From assembly GCA_041910335.1 (NCBI GenBank), contig JAYRRF010000024.1, forward strand, positions 18,529 through 82,528: 64,000 nucleotides of DNA, in the 5' to 3' direction. The stretch is from Candidatus Moraniibacteriota bacterium (GTDB lineage Bacteria > Patescibacteriota > Minisyncoccia > Moranbacterales > UBA1568). This document shows positions 1 through 11,200 of this stretch, one piece after another. Under the pieces are notes generated by a model, which ran no database searches, was not told the origin of the DNA, and worked only from the letters and a program-made list of their open reading frames with translations. How positions within the stretch are numbered: the stretch's first letter is position 1; each line of letters starts with the position of its first letter. The position numbers were made by a program, and so were the translations under genes.

Positions 1-2
1 CT

Positions 3-866
3 CGCTACGAGCAGAGGGAGACGCGTCAGGCTAATCGTGAACAAAGAATGGAGGACAGGCAGCAGAATCGTGAGGCGCGAATGGAGAACCGTCAGGAGGA
101 ACGAGAAGCTAAACATGAAGAAAATCAAGCCAATCGTCAGGAAAAGTTTTGCGAACGTTTTACAGAAAATGCCAGTAACATTAGTAGCCGTCTTGAAGAG
201 CGAAAAGGTAAGTTTGCAGAACGCAAAGAAAACCGCATGACTCGCTCTGAGGATAATCGTACCAAGCGTGATGAGAACCTTGCCACTAAGCGTGCAGAGG
301 CGAAGACTCGTCGTGAAGCTATGTACGCTCGTTTGCTTGAAAAGGCGGACACAGACACAGAAAAGGCAGCAGTAGAAAAATTCAAGACTACAACTGAAGC
401 AGCAGTACTTGCTCGTCAAACCGCTGTTGATAAGGCTATCGCTGATTTTCGATCCAGTGTAGACTCTCTTATTGCAAGCCGAAAAGACAGCATGACCAAT
501 ACGGGAGATACCTTTAAGGCAGCGGTGGATGCTGCTATCAGTCAGGCCAAAAGCGACTGCGCTGCTGGCAAAGATGTAAAGACAGTGCGCTCTAACTTCA
601 TGAGTGCTATGGCTACTGCCCGTGAAGGAGTACAAGCCAAACGTCAGTCAACTGACAAAATTGGTGATGACATCAAGGCACTTGCAGCGACACGAAATGC
701 TGCTCTCAAGGCTGCCAAAGAAACCTTTCACACTGCTATGGTAGCTGCCCGTAAAGAGCTCAAAGCCGCTTTCGGAGAATCAACAACAGATGGTACCGCA
801 GGAGCAGAGATGCCCGAACCAGCACCAGCTTCAGGGGTGACGACCCAGCCGAGCGCTGGCGAATAG
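3..866 (+). CDS. Ala/Lys/Glu-rich coiled-coil hypothetical protein (5' partial)
   Basis: Reading frame is open from the window edge (RYEQRETRQANREQRMEDRQ...); helical low-complexity sequence; followed by a terminator. Confidence 0.8.
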   Translation, partial: RYEQRETRQANREQRMEDRQQNREARMENRQEEREAKHEENQANRQEKFCERFTENASNISSRLEERKGKFAERKENRMTRSEDNRTKRDENLATKRAEAKTRREAMYARLLEKADTDTEKAAVEKFKTTTEAAVLARQTAVDKAIADFRSSVDSLIASRKDSMTNTGDTFKAAVDAAISQAKSDCAAGKDVKTVRSNFMSAMATAREGVQAKRQSTDKIGDDIKALAATRNAALKAAKETFHTAMVAARKELKAAFGESTTDGTAGAEMPEPAPASGVTTQPSAGE

Positions 867-881
867 TGATATTTCTTCTCA

Positions 882-923
882 AAGAGCCCTTTCTCAGTGC
901 GTGAAAAAGGGCTCTTCATTTTT
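882..923 (+). terminator. Rho-independent terminator
   Basis: AAGAGCCCTTT (882-892) / AAAGGGCTCTT (906-916) stem followed by a T-rich tract. Confidence 0.75.
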
Positions 924-964
924 CATATTGAATGACGTGTTGTTTTGTGCTAGAGTGAACCACT

Positions 965-3553
965 ATGAGCAAGTCAACCAAAAGAGTCAACAAAGATCAG
1001 AACATCAATCCAAGCGAAGAGATTGTGGTTTGTGGTGCCCGGACGCATAACCTCAAAAACATCACTGTTGCTATGCCTCGCAACAAGATGGTGGTGTTCA
1101 CGGGTCTATCTGGTTCTGGTAAGTCATCACTTGCTTTTGATACTATTTTTGCGGAGGGGCAGCGTCGTTACGTCGAGTCTCTCTCAGCTTATGCGAGGCA
1201 GTTTTTGAATACGATGCAGAAGCCTGAGGTGGATGAGATACGCGGCCTCTCTCCAGCGATCTCCATTGACCAAAAGTCAGCGAGTCGCAATCCTCGCTCG
1301 ACAGTGGCGACGGTGACAGAAATTTATGACTACCTACGTGTACTTTTTGCTCGTGTCGGAAAACCACATTGTCTTGAATGTGGTCGAGAGATTGAGAAGC
1401 TCTCAACGGAGGAGATGCTTAACATTGTCCGTGAGAAGATTGCTAAGGCACAAAAGAAGAAAGGGAACGATAAGGTAGGTCTCATTATCACTGCTCCAGT
1501 AGTACGTGGACGCAAGGGAGAATATTATCAGTTACTCTACAATGCTCTTGGAAAAGGATTCAGTGAAATATTTCTTGACGGAGTTCGTAAGAGTTTACGT
1601 GAGCAGGTGTTGTTGTCTAAGAACAAAAAGCATGATATCGACTTTATTGTTGATGAGTTGCCACTCATTGAATTTGAGAAGTTTCCCGAGACATCGGGAG
1701 AGCGTCTTTCTGAGGCAGTGGAGCGAGCATTGGAAGAGAGCGAGGGTTTGGTGCGTATTCATCTTGGCAAAGAAGTGTTCCTTCTTTCTTCAAAGTTTTC
1801 TTGTCCATATGATGGCTTCTCCTATCCAGAAGTAGAGCCTCGACTCTTTTCCTTCAACTCTCCGTACGGAGCTTGTCCTGACTGTAATGGTCTTGGGACC
1901 AAGCATTTCTTTGGTAATGAAGCATGTGACACATGTCACGGATCACGTCTTCGTGAAGAAGCACTTCATATCAAAGTAGGGGGCAAGAACATCGTTGAAC
2001 TGACCGCGATGATGATTGATGCTACGTATGAGTACTTTCAGACACTCGCTCTCTCAGAGAGAGATGTACAGATAGCTTCAGTAGTGCTTCGAGAAATAGA
2101 GAGTCGCTTGAAGTTTTTGTTAAATGTGGGACTTAACTACCTCACTCTTGATCGACGTGCCAATACGCTCTCAGGAGGGGAGGCACAGCGTATTCGTCTA
2201 GCAAGTCAGTTGGGCTCACAGTTAGTGGGGGCTCTTTATGTTCTCGATGAACCGACTATTGGTCTGCATCAGCGTGATAATGAACGCTTGATTGAGACGT
2301 TACAGGCACTTCGCAACCTCGGTAACACCATCATTATTGTTGAGCATGATGAAGATACTATTTATGCTTCCGACTACATTGTTGATATTGGTCCCGGTGC
2401 TGGTGTCCATGGTGGCCAGGTAGTTGTCTCTGGTTATCTTGATGAACTTCTTCTGGCGCCGAAGAATAAGTCAGGCTCTTTGACGCTTGGTTATCTCCGT
2501 AATGAAGAAAGTGTACCGGTACCAAAAGAACGTCGTACCAAGGAAAAGGGTGAATTGAAGATTCGTGGCGGCAAGCTCTTCAATATCAAAAACATGAATG
2601 TAGATGTGCCACTCGGACGCTTCAATGTTATCACGGGTGTCTCTGGTTCAGGGAAGTCGACTCTCATGTATGAGATTATTTATGAAAACTTGAAAAACCG
2701 CTTTGATCGACGCTACAAGTCCAATCGAGTGATGAATTGTACGTCATTCACTGGGACAGAGTACCTTTCTCGAGTAGTGATGATTGATCAGAGTCCTATC
2801 GGGCGGACGCCACGTTCCAATCCAGCGACATACACGGGTATGTGGACACATGTGAGAGATATGTTTGCTTCGACTGAAGAGGCTCGAGTGCGAGGTTGGA
2901 AAGCTGGTCGCTTTTCTTTCAACCGGCCAGGCGGTCGTTGTGAGACATGTGAGGGCAATGGTTTCATAGCAGTTGAGATGCACTTCTTGCCGACTGTGTA
3001 TGTCCCTTGTGATGTTTGTGATGGGAAGCGTTTCACCAAGGAGACGCTCGAAGTGCGCTATAAACATAAGAATATTTACGAAGTACTCGAGATGACCGTC
3101 GAGGAAGCTTTTTCATTTTTTGCCGACATTCCAGCTATTGCTGATCGTTTGAAGACATTGAATGAAGTGGGTCTTGGCTATCTCAAGCTTGGCCAGTCTG
3201 CCACCACTCTTTCTGGTGGTGAGGCTCAGCGAGTCAAAATTTCTTCGGAACTTTACCGTCAGCACGTGGAGCGAACCATTTACCTTCTCGATGAACCAAC
3301 TATCGGACTGCACTATGAGGACGTTAAGAAGTTGATTGAGATTCTCGATCGTCTTGTAGCTAAGGGGAATACACTCTTAGTCATTGAACACAATATGGAT
3401 TTGATCAAATCAGCCGACTATATCATCGATATTGGCCCTGAAGGAGGAGTTGGTGGAGGAGAAGTGGTGGCTACAGGTACTCCAGAAGAAGTAGCGCGGA
3501 AGACCTTTTCGCATACCGGTAAGTACCTCAAGAAAGTGCTTGCAAAGAAGTAG
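965..3553 (+). CDS. uvrA: Excinuclease ABC subunit A, short paralog lacking the insertion domain
   Basis: [26 protein letters not shown], second ABC domain [18 protein letters not shown], Zn-finger CxxC pairs. Confidence 0.95.
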   Translation: MSKSTKRVNKDQNINPSEEIVVCGARTHNLKNITVAMPRNKMVVFTGLSGSGKSSLAFDTIFAEGQRRYVESLSAYARQFLNTMQKPEVDEIRGLSPAISIDQKSASRNPRSTVATVTEIYDYLRVLFARVGKPHCLECGREIEKLSTEEMLNIVREKIAKAQKKKGNDKVGLIITAPVVRGRKGEYYQLLYNALGKGFSEIFLDGVRKSLREQVLLSKNKKHDIDFIVDELPLIEFEKFPETSGERLSEAVERALEESEGLVRIHLGKEVFLLSSKFSCPYDGFSYPEVEPRLFSFNSPYGACPDCNGLGTKHFFGNEACDTCHGSRLREEALHIKVGGKNIVELTAMMIDATYEYFQTLALSERDVQIASVVLREIESRLKFLLNVGLNYLTLDRRANTLSGGEAQRIRLASQLGSQLVGALYVLDEPTIGLHQRDNERLIETLQALRNLGNTIIIVEHDEDTIYASDYIVDIGPGAGVHGGQVVVSGYLDELLLAPKNKSGSLTLGYLRNEESVPVPKERRTKEKGELKIRGGKLFNIKNMNVDVPLGRFNVITGVSGSGKSTLMYEIIYENLKNRFDRRYKSNRVMNCTSFTGTEYLSRVVMIDQSPIGRTPRSNPATYTGMWTHVRDMFASTEEARVRGWKAGRFSFNRPGGRCETCEGNGFIAVEMHFLPTVYVPCDVCDGKRFTKETLEVRYKHKNIYEVLEMTVEEAFSFFADIPAIADRLKTLNEVGLGYLKLGQSATTLSGGEAQRVKISSELYRQHVERTIYLLDEPTIGLHYEDVKKLIEILDRLVAKGNTLLVIEHNMDLIKSADYIIDIGPEGGVGGGEVVATGTPEEVARKTFSHTGKYLKKVLAKK

Positions 3554-3573
3554 GTGATAAAATACGAAAAATG

Positions 3574-3598
3574 AGAGCTCCAAAAGGGAGCTCTTTGT
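3574..3598 (+). terminator. Rho-independent terminator
   Basis: AGAGCTCC-AAAAG-GGAGCTCT followed by TTGT, right after uvrA. Confidence 0.6.
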
Positions 3599-3634
3599 CT
3601 TCTGGGTAGGAGACAAATAATAGGAGTAAACTCC

Positions 3635-3662
3635 TTGACAAACTCTATAGACAGTGTATGAT
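3635..3662 (+). promoter_or_regulatory. sigma70-type promoter
   Basis: TTGACA-N16-TATGAT upstream of SD GGGAGG and the ATG at 3707. Confidence 0.6.
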
Positions 3663-3706
3663 TTGAAGGTTTTGGGGAAGGCCTCAGAACATTGGGAGGG
3701 TACTTT

Positions 3707-4132
3707 ATGAATACCAGGAAAGCTCAGTCGCAACAGCGACTGCTCATCGGCTTCAGCCTGCTCCTCATCATGATCTGTGCATCTTGCACGGCTTCCATGG
3801 TGAAAGCTGAGCCGGTGCGATCAGCAACTTTTTTGCCTTACTATGCCGCTGAGGTACACAATGCTTCGGGGCAGGCACGCGAGCTCGTTCTGCGTGTCAC
3901 CGATGGGCAAGAAGTTGTCCAGATGCATCTCGATGCCTATGAGGCCAAGCCGCTCTATGTCCACCGGACGAAGGTGCCTTGCTCATCAGCACTCGAAGTG
4001 TCGCTTGATGGGGGGCGTACCTATCAGCGACTTCGGGGCAATCTCTGTCTCAGGAATGAGGCAGGCGATCCCCAAGTGCTCTACATCGATGGAAGAGGCG
4101 GTATCATGCTTCTTCATGTAGACGTCGACTAA
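3707..4132 (+). CDS. Secreted hypothetical protein with one Asp-box-like motif
   Basis: SD GGGAGG, N-terminal signal/TM segment, SLDGGRTY motif; terminator hairpin at 4166-4195. Confidence 0.7.
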   Translation: MNTRKAQSQQRLLIGFSLLLIMICASCTASMVKAEPVRSATFLPYYAAEVHNASGQARELVLRVTDGQEVVQMHLDAYEAKPLYVHRTKVPCSSALEVSLDGGRTYQRLRGNLCLRNEAGDPQVLYIDGRGGIMLLHVDVD

Positions 4133-4195
4133 GAACGACGCTACGACAATATAGTTGACTTACAGTCCCGGTGCTACCAACGTGTGGTGCCGGGA

Positions 4196-4708
4196 TCAGT
4201 TTTTTTCTTTGATGGATTTGATTTCTGTTAGGAGTTCGGCTAGCATGCTCTCAATTCTATCAATACGCTCAACTTCTTCAGCGTGTTCTTTAGCATCTTC
4301 TTGGTCATCCTCTTCGATTTCTTCGGAGAGCTCCTCGACATCATCAGCCAACTCTTCAACATCATCAGAAATTTCCTCCACGTCTTCATGGAGCTCATCA
4401 ATATCTTTAGAAATTTCCTCCATTTCCTCAGAAATATCTTCGACATCCTCACTCACCTCAGCAATGATCTCACCCTGTTTATTGACGGTCATTTGGATAA
4501 AGATAGAGAGGTAGATAGCTTCTAGAGAAACGACGGTGGTTAAGATGAGAAGGATATTTTCGAAGCTGAAGCCGATAAGATACAGAGCAAAAATACCCAC
4601 AAAGAAGACTGTGTGGAAAATAAGTGACGGGATAGAGCCAATAGTACGCGTCGCACCAAAAGCGAGCTTTTCCGCCGTAGGGGCCGATAGAGTGGATTTT
4701 TTACCCAT
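4196..4708 (-). CDS. DUF1003-like membrane protein with acidic heptad coiled-coil tail
   Basis: Two TM segments, LTTVVSLEAIYLSIFIQMTVN motif, repeated (E/D)DVEE(I/L)S heptads. Confidence 0.75.
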   Translation of the reverse strand: MGKKSTLSAPTAEKLAFGATRTIGSIPSLIFHTVFFVGIFALYLIGFSFENILLILTTVVSLEAIYLSIFIQMTVNKQGEIIAEVSEDVEDISEEMEEISKDIDELHEDVEEISDDVEELADDVEELSEEIEEDDQEDAKEHAEEVERIDRIESMLAELLTEIKSIKEKN

Positions 4709-4774
4709 ATAGACCTATTGTACCTGAGTTTGAGACAGAGAACAAAGGGGTGTGGTATGCTGTGGGATATCACT

Positions 4775-5374
4775 ATGTTTGGTACCAAGAAGGCAAAACT
4801 CATAATCGACAAAGAGGTATGGCAACCGACTGGCAGTAAGGAGGATTTAGGTGTGACGTTTCGAAGAAGTAATCAGTCACGTCATATCAAGATATCTATC
4901 GGTGGGGATGGAGACATACTCGTCTCAGCTCCTTTACGGACAGCGAAGTCATTGCTTCGGAAAGTTCTCTTAGAGAAAGAAATCTGGATTATGAGAAGTC
5001 TCAGTCAGTTGCGCGCAACAGGTAAAGTAAGAAATAAAAAAGACGAAGAAGTATCATATCAACGACATAAAGAGCGAGCAAGGAAACTGGTAGAGCAAAA
5101 GCTTGTCTATTGGAACCAGTTCTATAAATATACATACGGTCGGGTCAGTATTCGTAATCAACGGACTCGGTGGGGGAGTTGCTCGCGTAAAGGTAATCTC
5201 AACTTCCACTACAAGATACTGTTTTTACCAGAAGAACTCGTCGATTATCTGATAGTTCATGAACTCTGTCATCTACGCGCTTTCGACCACAGTCAGCGTT
5301 TTTGGGGCTTAGTCTCAAAGACAATCCCTGACTACCAGAAGCGCCGCCGAGCCCTCAAGCAGAGTAGTCTCTGA
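4775..5374 (+). CDS. YgjP/DUF45-like M48-type metallohydrolase
   Basis: QRTRWGSCS...YLIVHELCHL...HSQRFW motif; start chosen at the ATG after the TGGTATGCT extended -10. Confidence 0.9.
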   Translation: MFGTKKAKLIIDKEVWQPTGSKEDLGVTFRRSNQSRHIKISIGGDGDILVSAPLRTAKSLLRKVLLEKEIWIMRSLSQLRATGKVRNKKDEEVSYQRHKERARKLVEQKLVYWNQFYKYTYGRVSIRNQRTRWGSCSRKGNLNFHYKILFLPEELVDYLIVHELCHLRAFDHSQRFWGLVSKTIPDYQKRRRALKQSSL

Positions 5375-5414
5375 AAAGTGGTATAATGAATGTAGAATCA
5401 TTAACCATAATCCT

Positions 5415-5909
5415 ATGAGCGAAGAAGCACAGTCAGTAGAGGAAACCAAACATGAAGTCAAGAAGCGAAACCCTACAGCGCCATCGGGCGACATTGCGGA
5501 TTGGCGTAAGAGCAAGAAGGTGCGTCTTGGTATTATCATCGGACTAATTGTCTTGGTCGGTATCATCGCTATCTTTTTTACGAAGCTTCGTGTCTGGATG
5601 ATTGGCATCATGCTCGTACTTTTCGTTGGTTTGGGATTGGAGGTATCCAATACTGACTATGACCTGGGTAAGATGTGGGAGACCAAGTCCGTCTCTCAGT
5701 CTAAGGTACTACGTGACAAAGATGGTAATGTCGTGACCGATAGCACTCAAGGTAAGGCTACCGATGAGTATAATTGTGAAGATTTCGATACACAGCCACA
5801 AGCACAGCGCTTCTTTGATAAGGCTGGTGGATCTTCTAATGACACCAATCGCCTTGATGGTAATAAGGATGGTATTGCCTGCCAGAGTTTACCGGCTGGT
5901 GCAAAGTAA
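5415..5909 (+). CDS. Membrane protein with C-terminal Excalibur calcium-binding domain
   Basis: Two TM helices; YNCEDF...LDGNKDGIACQSL. Confidence 0.85.
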   Translation: MSEEAQSVEETKHEVKKRNPTAPSGDIADWRKSKKVRLGIIIGLIVLVGIIAIFFTKLRVWMIGIMLVLFVGLGLEVSNTDYDLGKMWETKSVSQSKVLRDKDGNVVTDSTQGKATDEYNCEDFDTQPQAQRFFDKAGGSSNDTNRLDGNKDGIACQSLPAGAK

Positions 5910-5920
5910 GGGAAGCTTTC

Positions 5921-6544
5921 ATGGTCAAGAGATACGATGTTGTTATTATTCCAACACCGGAGGTCGCGCGAGCTGCTTGTGAGTTGAGCCAGCTCGTCGC
6001 TTCTCGATACGACACATGTTTTATTTTGAATGATGCTAATCAGGTACCACATCTGTCCCTGTATCACTTTGTTGCTCACGAAGAGAAGTTATCTGATATT
6101 ATAGAAGCTCTTAGTGAAAGATCTGCTTCTCAAGAAGCTTTTATGTTACAAGCAGTTGGCTATGATAGAGATAACATGCCATGGTTGCAGGCCCTCTACG
6201 AGAGAAGTGACCATCTTTCTAACCTTCATGAGAGCGTCTTAGAAGCAGTAGCTCCATTTCACGAAAAAAGAAAAAACTACAACCAGACAGAAGAATGGTC
6301 TACTGAGTCCCTCGTTCGCAAGGAAAATCTTGAGCGTTATGGTTGGTCGGAGGCAGGATCTCTCTATAAGCCACACATTACCCTTACTCGTTTTGATGAG
6401 GCTATCGATCAAGATAATATACCACCTTTCCCAGCGTCAATGACTTCTTTTATGGCGACGAAGCTTGGCTTGTATGAGCTTGGTGATTATGGTACATGTC
6501 ATAATTTGCTTGCTCAATTCAACCTCAACACACCTATCGTATGA
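5921..6544 (+). CDS. 2H phosphoesterase (2'-5' RNA ligase-like)
   Basis: Two HxS/T motifs: PHLSL and PHITL. Confidence 0.85.
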   Translation: MVKRYDVVIIPTPEVARAACELSQLVASRYDTCFILNDANQVPHLSLYHFVAHEEKLSDIIEALSERSASQEAFMLQAVGYDRDNMPWLQALYERSDHLSNLHESVLEAVAPFHEKRKNYNQTEEWSTESLVRKENLERYGWSEAGSLYKPHITLTRFDEAIDQDNIPPFPASMTSFMATKLGLYELGDYGTCHNLLAQFNLNTPIV

Positions 6545-6978
6545 AAATACATGAACTCGGACACGTCGTCCTGTTTGTCACCAATCTGACCAAAATGGCT
6601 GACTTTTATCGAGACACTCTTGGCTTTCATGAAATTGCTCGTGATAGTCAGACGGCACTCTTCGGAGCTGGGCGTACTCACCATGAGATGCTTTTGATTG
6701 AGATAGGAGGACACGTAGAGCCTCGTGCTCATGCCAAGCCAGGCTTGTACCATATCGGCTTCAAGATAGGGGAGACGACGGATGATATCCGAAATGCTTT
6801 GGAGGAGCTCCAGTCAAAGGGAGTGACTATTGTTGGCACCGCTGATCATCATGTGACTCATAGTCTCTATATTCTCGATCCAGAAGGTAATGAGCTTGAG
6901 CTCTATGCCGATGTCTCTGATGAGTGGAAGACTGACCCGAAGGCAGTTCTACGACCAACCAGGCATCTCTACTTGTAA
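6541..6978 (+). CDS. VOC/glyoxalase family protein
   Basis: LGHVVL...GLYHIGF...SLYILDPEGNELELY. Confidence 0.9.
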   Translation: MKIHELGHVVLFVTNLTKMADFYRDTLGFHEIARDSQTALFGAGRTHHEMLLIEIGGHVEPRAHAKPGLYHIGFKIGETTDDIRNALEELQSKGVTIVGTADHHVTHSLYILDPEGNELELYADVSDEWKTDPKAVLRPTRHLYL

Positions 6979-7024
6979 GCAAAAGAAGAGTATACTAAAG
7001 ATGTAATTCATAACACTCAAAACT

Positions 7025-7393
7025 ATGAAAGGTTATGTTGGTAACATCGAAAAAAAGACAGAAGAAAACGAGAACTATCGAGAAGTGGTTTTCACTGGTC
7101 AGCACATGCAGCTCGTCGTTATGACTCTTCAGGTAGGCGAAGAGATTGGTCTTGAAGTGCATGATACACATGACCAGTTTTTTCGAGTAGAGGTTGGCCA
7201 AGCCAAGATAGTGATGAATGGAGAAGAGAGTATCATCGGTGCCGGTAGTGCTGCTATCGTGACCGCTGGCACAGAGCACAACGTGGTCAATACCGGAACT
7301 GAACCACTCAAGCTCTACACCATCTACGCTCCTCCACAGCATCCAGATGGTACTATCCATAAGACCAAAGCTGATGAACCAGAACATCACTAA
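7025..7393 (+). CDS. Cupin domain protein
   Basis: EIGLEVH..HDQFF...AGTEHNVVNTG..PLKLYTIYAPPQH. Confidence 0.9.
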   Translation: MKGYVGNIEKKTEENENYREVVFTGQHMQLVVMTLQVGEEIGLEVHDTHDQFFRVEVGQAKIVMNGEESIIGAGSAAIVTAGTEHNVVNTGTEPLKLYTIYAPPQHPDGTIHKTKADEPEHH

Positions 7394-7557
7394 AAACATT
7401 GAAGCCAACGTCAATGAGAAGAATGTGACGGGAATTTTAGGATTTCTCTTTGGCAAGAAAGTGACGAAGGATAAGAGATTACTTTTTCTTTTGCCATTTA
7501 TCATCGCTTTTATTCAAAGAATCCTTACCAAAAAAACAACAGGTAAGTAATAAACTT

Positions 7558-7977
7558 ATGGTCAAGCAAATATTCATCAATCTAGCCGTCAAGAACCTCG
7601 AGCGATCGGTAGAGTTTTTTGCGGCGCTTGGGTTCAGTTTCAATCCAGATTTTACCGATGAGAAAGCTACTTGCATGATCATGGGAGAGAATATCTTCGC
7701 GATGCTTCTCACAGAAGAGTTCTTTGATACTTTCATCCCGACGACTGAGAGGGTAGATTCCTTGCGTATGACTGAGGTACTTACTGCTATCACTCTCGAG
7801 AGCCGTGAGGCAGTCGATAAAATGGTTGATGTAGCGCTGTCCTTGGGCGCGACTGAGCCACGGCCACCACAAGACTATGGGTGGATGTACTCTCGCTCCT
7901 TTCAGGACTTAGACGGTCATATCTGGGAGCCATTCTACGGGGACGAAGAAGTGAGACAACAACAAGGCGACGAATAA
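7558..7977 (+). CDS. VOC/glyoxalase family protein
   Basis: IFINLAVKNLERSVEFF...MYSRSFQDLDGHIWE. Confidence 0.9.
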   Translation: MVKQIFINLAVKNLERSVEFFAALGFSFNPDFTDEKATCMIMGENIFAMLLTEEFFDTFIPTTERVDSLRMTEVLTAITLESREAVDKMVDVALSLGATEPRPPQDYGWMYSRSFQDLDGHIWEPFYGDEEVRQQQGDE

Positions 7978-7980
7978 CCA

Positions 7981-8004
7981 AAAACCGAGGGAAACCTCGG
8001 TTTT
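7981..8004. terminator. Bidirectional terminator between convergent genes
   Basis: AAAACCGAGG-GAAA-CCTCGGTTTT perfect hairpin. Confidence 0.85.
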
Positions 8005-8025
8005 GAATAGGCTTTGCTAGAAGAG

Positions 8026-8238
8026 TTATTTCTTCAAGATTTTTGCCATTAGGATAGCGCCAGGGCAGTAACCAGTTAGCGCAAAGATGCATAACATACC
8101 ACCCACAAAGATATCACCCCAGAGGAACCGAACATCGAGAGTGAGAGTGAGAATAGCAAAAGCTATCACGAGCAATCCGCCGACAAGGTACATAGCACGC
8201 TCTACTGACCAAGTATCAGTATTCATTTTGTAAATCAT
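8026..8238 (-). CDS. DUF2892 (YgaP-like) small membrane protein
   Basis: WSVERA...ALTGYCP motif, two TM helices. Confidence 0.8.
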   Translation of the reverse strand: MIYKMNTDTWSVERAMYLVGGLLVIAFAILTLTLDVRFLWGDIFVGGMLCIFALTGYCPGAILMAKILKK

Positions 8239-8254
8239 ACGTCTTTTTTATGAG

Positions 8255-11200
8255 TTATTTTTTATTATCCCACTTCTTTCTCTCAAAAACAAAATAAACA
8301 AGAGGAAAGACAATGAGCGTGAGAAGTGTAGAAGCGGTGAGTCCAAGGATGATAGACCAGGCCAATCCCTCCCAGACAGGGTCACTAACGATAGTGAGTG
8401 ATCCAAGAATGGCCGCGAGTGATGTCAGAACTATAGGGAGAAGACGAATACGTCCAGCTTCTACCAAAGCCTGAACGAGAGGCAAGCCTTTTTGTTTGAG
8501 AGGTTCGAGATACTCCAGATAGATGACCGCGTTCTTGACAGCGAGTCCTGCAAGAGCGATGACACCAATCATAGAAGTGGCATTGAAGTAAGTACCTTTC
8601 AATGCATAGAGAATTGCAAAGCCAGGAAGAACACCGATGAGTGAGAGGGGAATGCTGACCATGATAAGGAGTGGTGTGAAGAGGGACTTTGCTTTAGCAG
8701 CCAATACGAAGTAGATGAGGAATATAGCAAAACCCATAGCAATACCAAGGTCACGAAAAACCTCGAGCGTGAGCTTCCATTCGCCGTCTATTTCGATAGA
8801 GTAGGGTTCACCCGTAGCAGGTACTTGATAGTTAGTACCAAAGAGTGACCAATGATGAAGCTCTGCTTCTCCATTTGGAAAATGATAATTGAGCAAAAGA
8901 GGAAAGAGATCAAGTACAGCATAGATTATGCTACGATTCTCCATTTCCCCAGAAACATAGACAGTCTCTTCACGACCATCGGTAAGGATGGTAGTAGAGG
9001 CGGGGGAGTTATCTTTCGTAAGAATCTCACTAAGAGGTACTTTCGTTCCATCTTGAGCAGAGAGCAGAATCAGAGAAAGGTCGCTTTCTTCGTTGCGAGA
9101 GTTTTGGTCGTATCGAACGATGATGAACTCTTGTTCTTCTTTGGTGATTCCTTCGTGAAGAGTTTGATGATAGAGACCGGCTGATGTACCCGAGAGAGCT
9201 GTTTTGAGAGCGCTGACAGCGTCATGAGGAGTAATTCCAAGGAGTTGAGCCTTTTCTCTGTCTAAATGATATAGGTAATCATAGCCTCGTTCAGGCACAG
9301 AAGTCTTGAGATCGACTATACCGGGAATACTTTGAGATTTGATAGCAAGATCCTGAGCAATTGCTTCAAGAGTTTTGGTATCGGACCCTTTTATCTTGAG
9401 CAGATAGGTAGATTTGACAGGTGGTCCTGGCGGATCTTCCATGAGACGAACATGAGCATCAGGAAAGAGAGTTTGGTACTCTGGCAGAGCATGACGTGTC
9501 TCAGTGGCTATTGCCTCCGAGGTTATAGAACGTTCTTCATGTGGAGTTAGGCGAACCTTGAGAGTAGCTTGCTCAGTACCTTGACGCATGCTGCTACCTT
9601 TGAAGAGGCCGTTGAAGTCAATGATTTGAGAAGTACCAATGAAACTCTCGACACCAGATACCTCAGGCTGTTTCAGTAGCAAATCCTCGAGGCCCTGAGT
9701 AGCAAGAGTTGTTTTGGAAAGAGCGGTACCCTTAGGGAGGTCAAGATAGATATAGAACTGATCCTTATTCGCCTTCGGTAGCATACGAAATGGTACCAAT
9801 GGAGTGAGGGGAAGGATGAGAGAAATAAGTAACACAAAACCAATACCAAGGAGAAATCGTCGACGTTGTCGGTGTACAGCTAGAAGATTGCTGAGGAACT
9901 GTGCATAGCGAGTCTCTATCTTTTGCATGAGACGATAAAAGAAGCCTTGCTCATAGTCGTGATGATTCTGGTTGTCTCCCTTTGCAAGAAAGAGGTGAGC
10001 AAGGTAAGGATTGATTGTTACCGATAGTAAGAGTGACACCAGGAGAGCGGCTGGCACAAAGAAGGGGATCGGTCCCATGTAAGGCCCCATCATACCCGTT
10101 ACGAAAGCCATTGGCAGGAACGCGAGAGCCATAGTGAGAGTGGAGAGAGAAAGTGCGCCACCTACTTCGTTGACCGCTTGGACGATGAGGTGAATTTTAT
10201 TTGGCTCATTTGGATGAAGGCGAAAGTATCGGGCAATGTTTTCTACCACAACGATAGCATCATCTACGAGCAGCCCAAGAGAGAGGATGAGTGCGAAGAG
10301 AGTAATACGATTGACGGTCTGATCAGCCATAAGTCCAAGTCCAAAGACTGCCAAGAGTACAAGTGGGATAGAGATAGAGGCGACAAGAGAGTTGCGGAAA
10401 CCGAGAAAAATATACAACAGTATCCCGACAATGAGGATGGATTTGATAAGGTCAAAAGTCAGCTTGAAGATTTCAGCTCGAGCCGTCTCACCTTCATTAT
10501 TAAGGACATCTAAGTAAGTATTTTGTGGAAGGGTAGATGTGCGAATTTCTTCGAGCTGTTGCTCTACCGCGTCAGTGACAGTAGTGGAGTTAATGCCAGC
10601 GTGTTTTGCGAGGGCGATATGTACAATTTCTTCGCGAGGAGTATCCTTTTCGTGCAACCATACAGAATGAGTAATTTCACCAGGGCCGGCCGTAATCGTA
10701 GCGATATCACCGAGACGAGTAAGGCTTTGTCCTTGGCTTCGGACAATAAGACGAGATAGATCATCAGGATTGGTAATGTTTCCTTCTACAGAGACAAGAG
10801 GGTTGCGGTCTTCCCCGCTGAGGCTGTCGAAAGTATAGATAGTATTGGTGCTCTGAATAGCACGGAGTACTTCGTCAAGGCTGATACCAGTCGCTTTGAG
10901 TTTCTCTCCATTGAGACTGACCTGTAGGTGATTGACAGTGCCACCCTTGATTTCATATGTAGATACACCGGAGACACGTTTGAGTTTCTCAGCTATATCT
11001 TGAGCGAGTTTACGTAGGGAGCTTTGCGAAAGTTCACTAGAACGAACGCCAATATCTATAACAGGTACGTCATCAGGATTGACGGATTGTATCAGCGGAG
11101 TAAGAGCACCCGCTGGTTTGAGATAGCTCTTATCGAGTATTTTTTGGTTGAGTGAAATCTTAGCATCTTCTTGATTCGATCCGACCAAGAACTGTACAGT

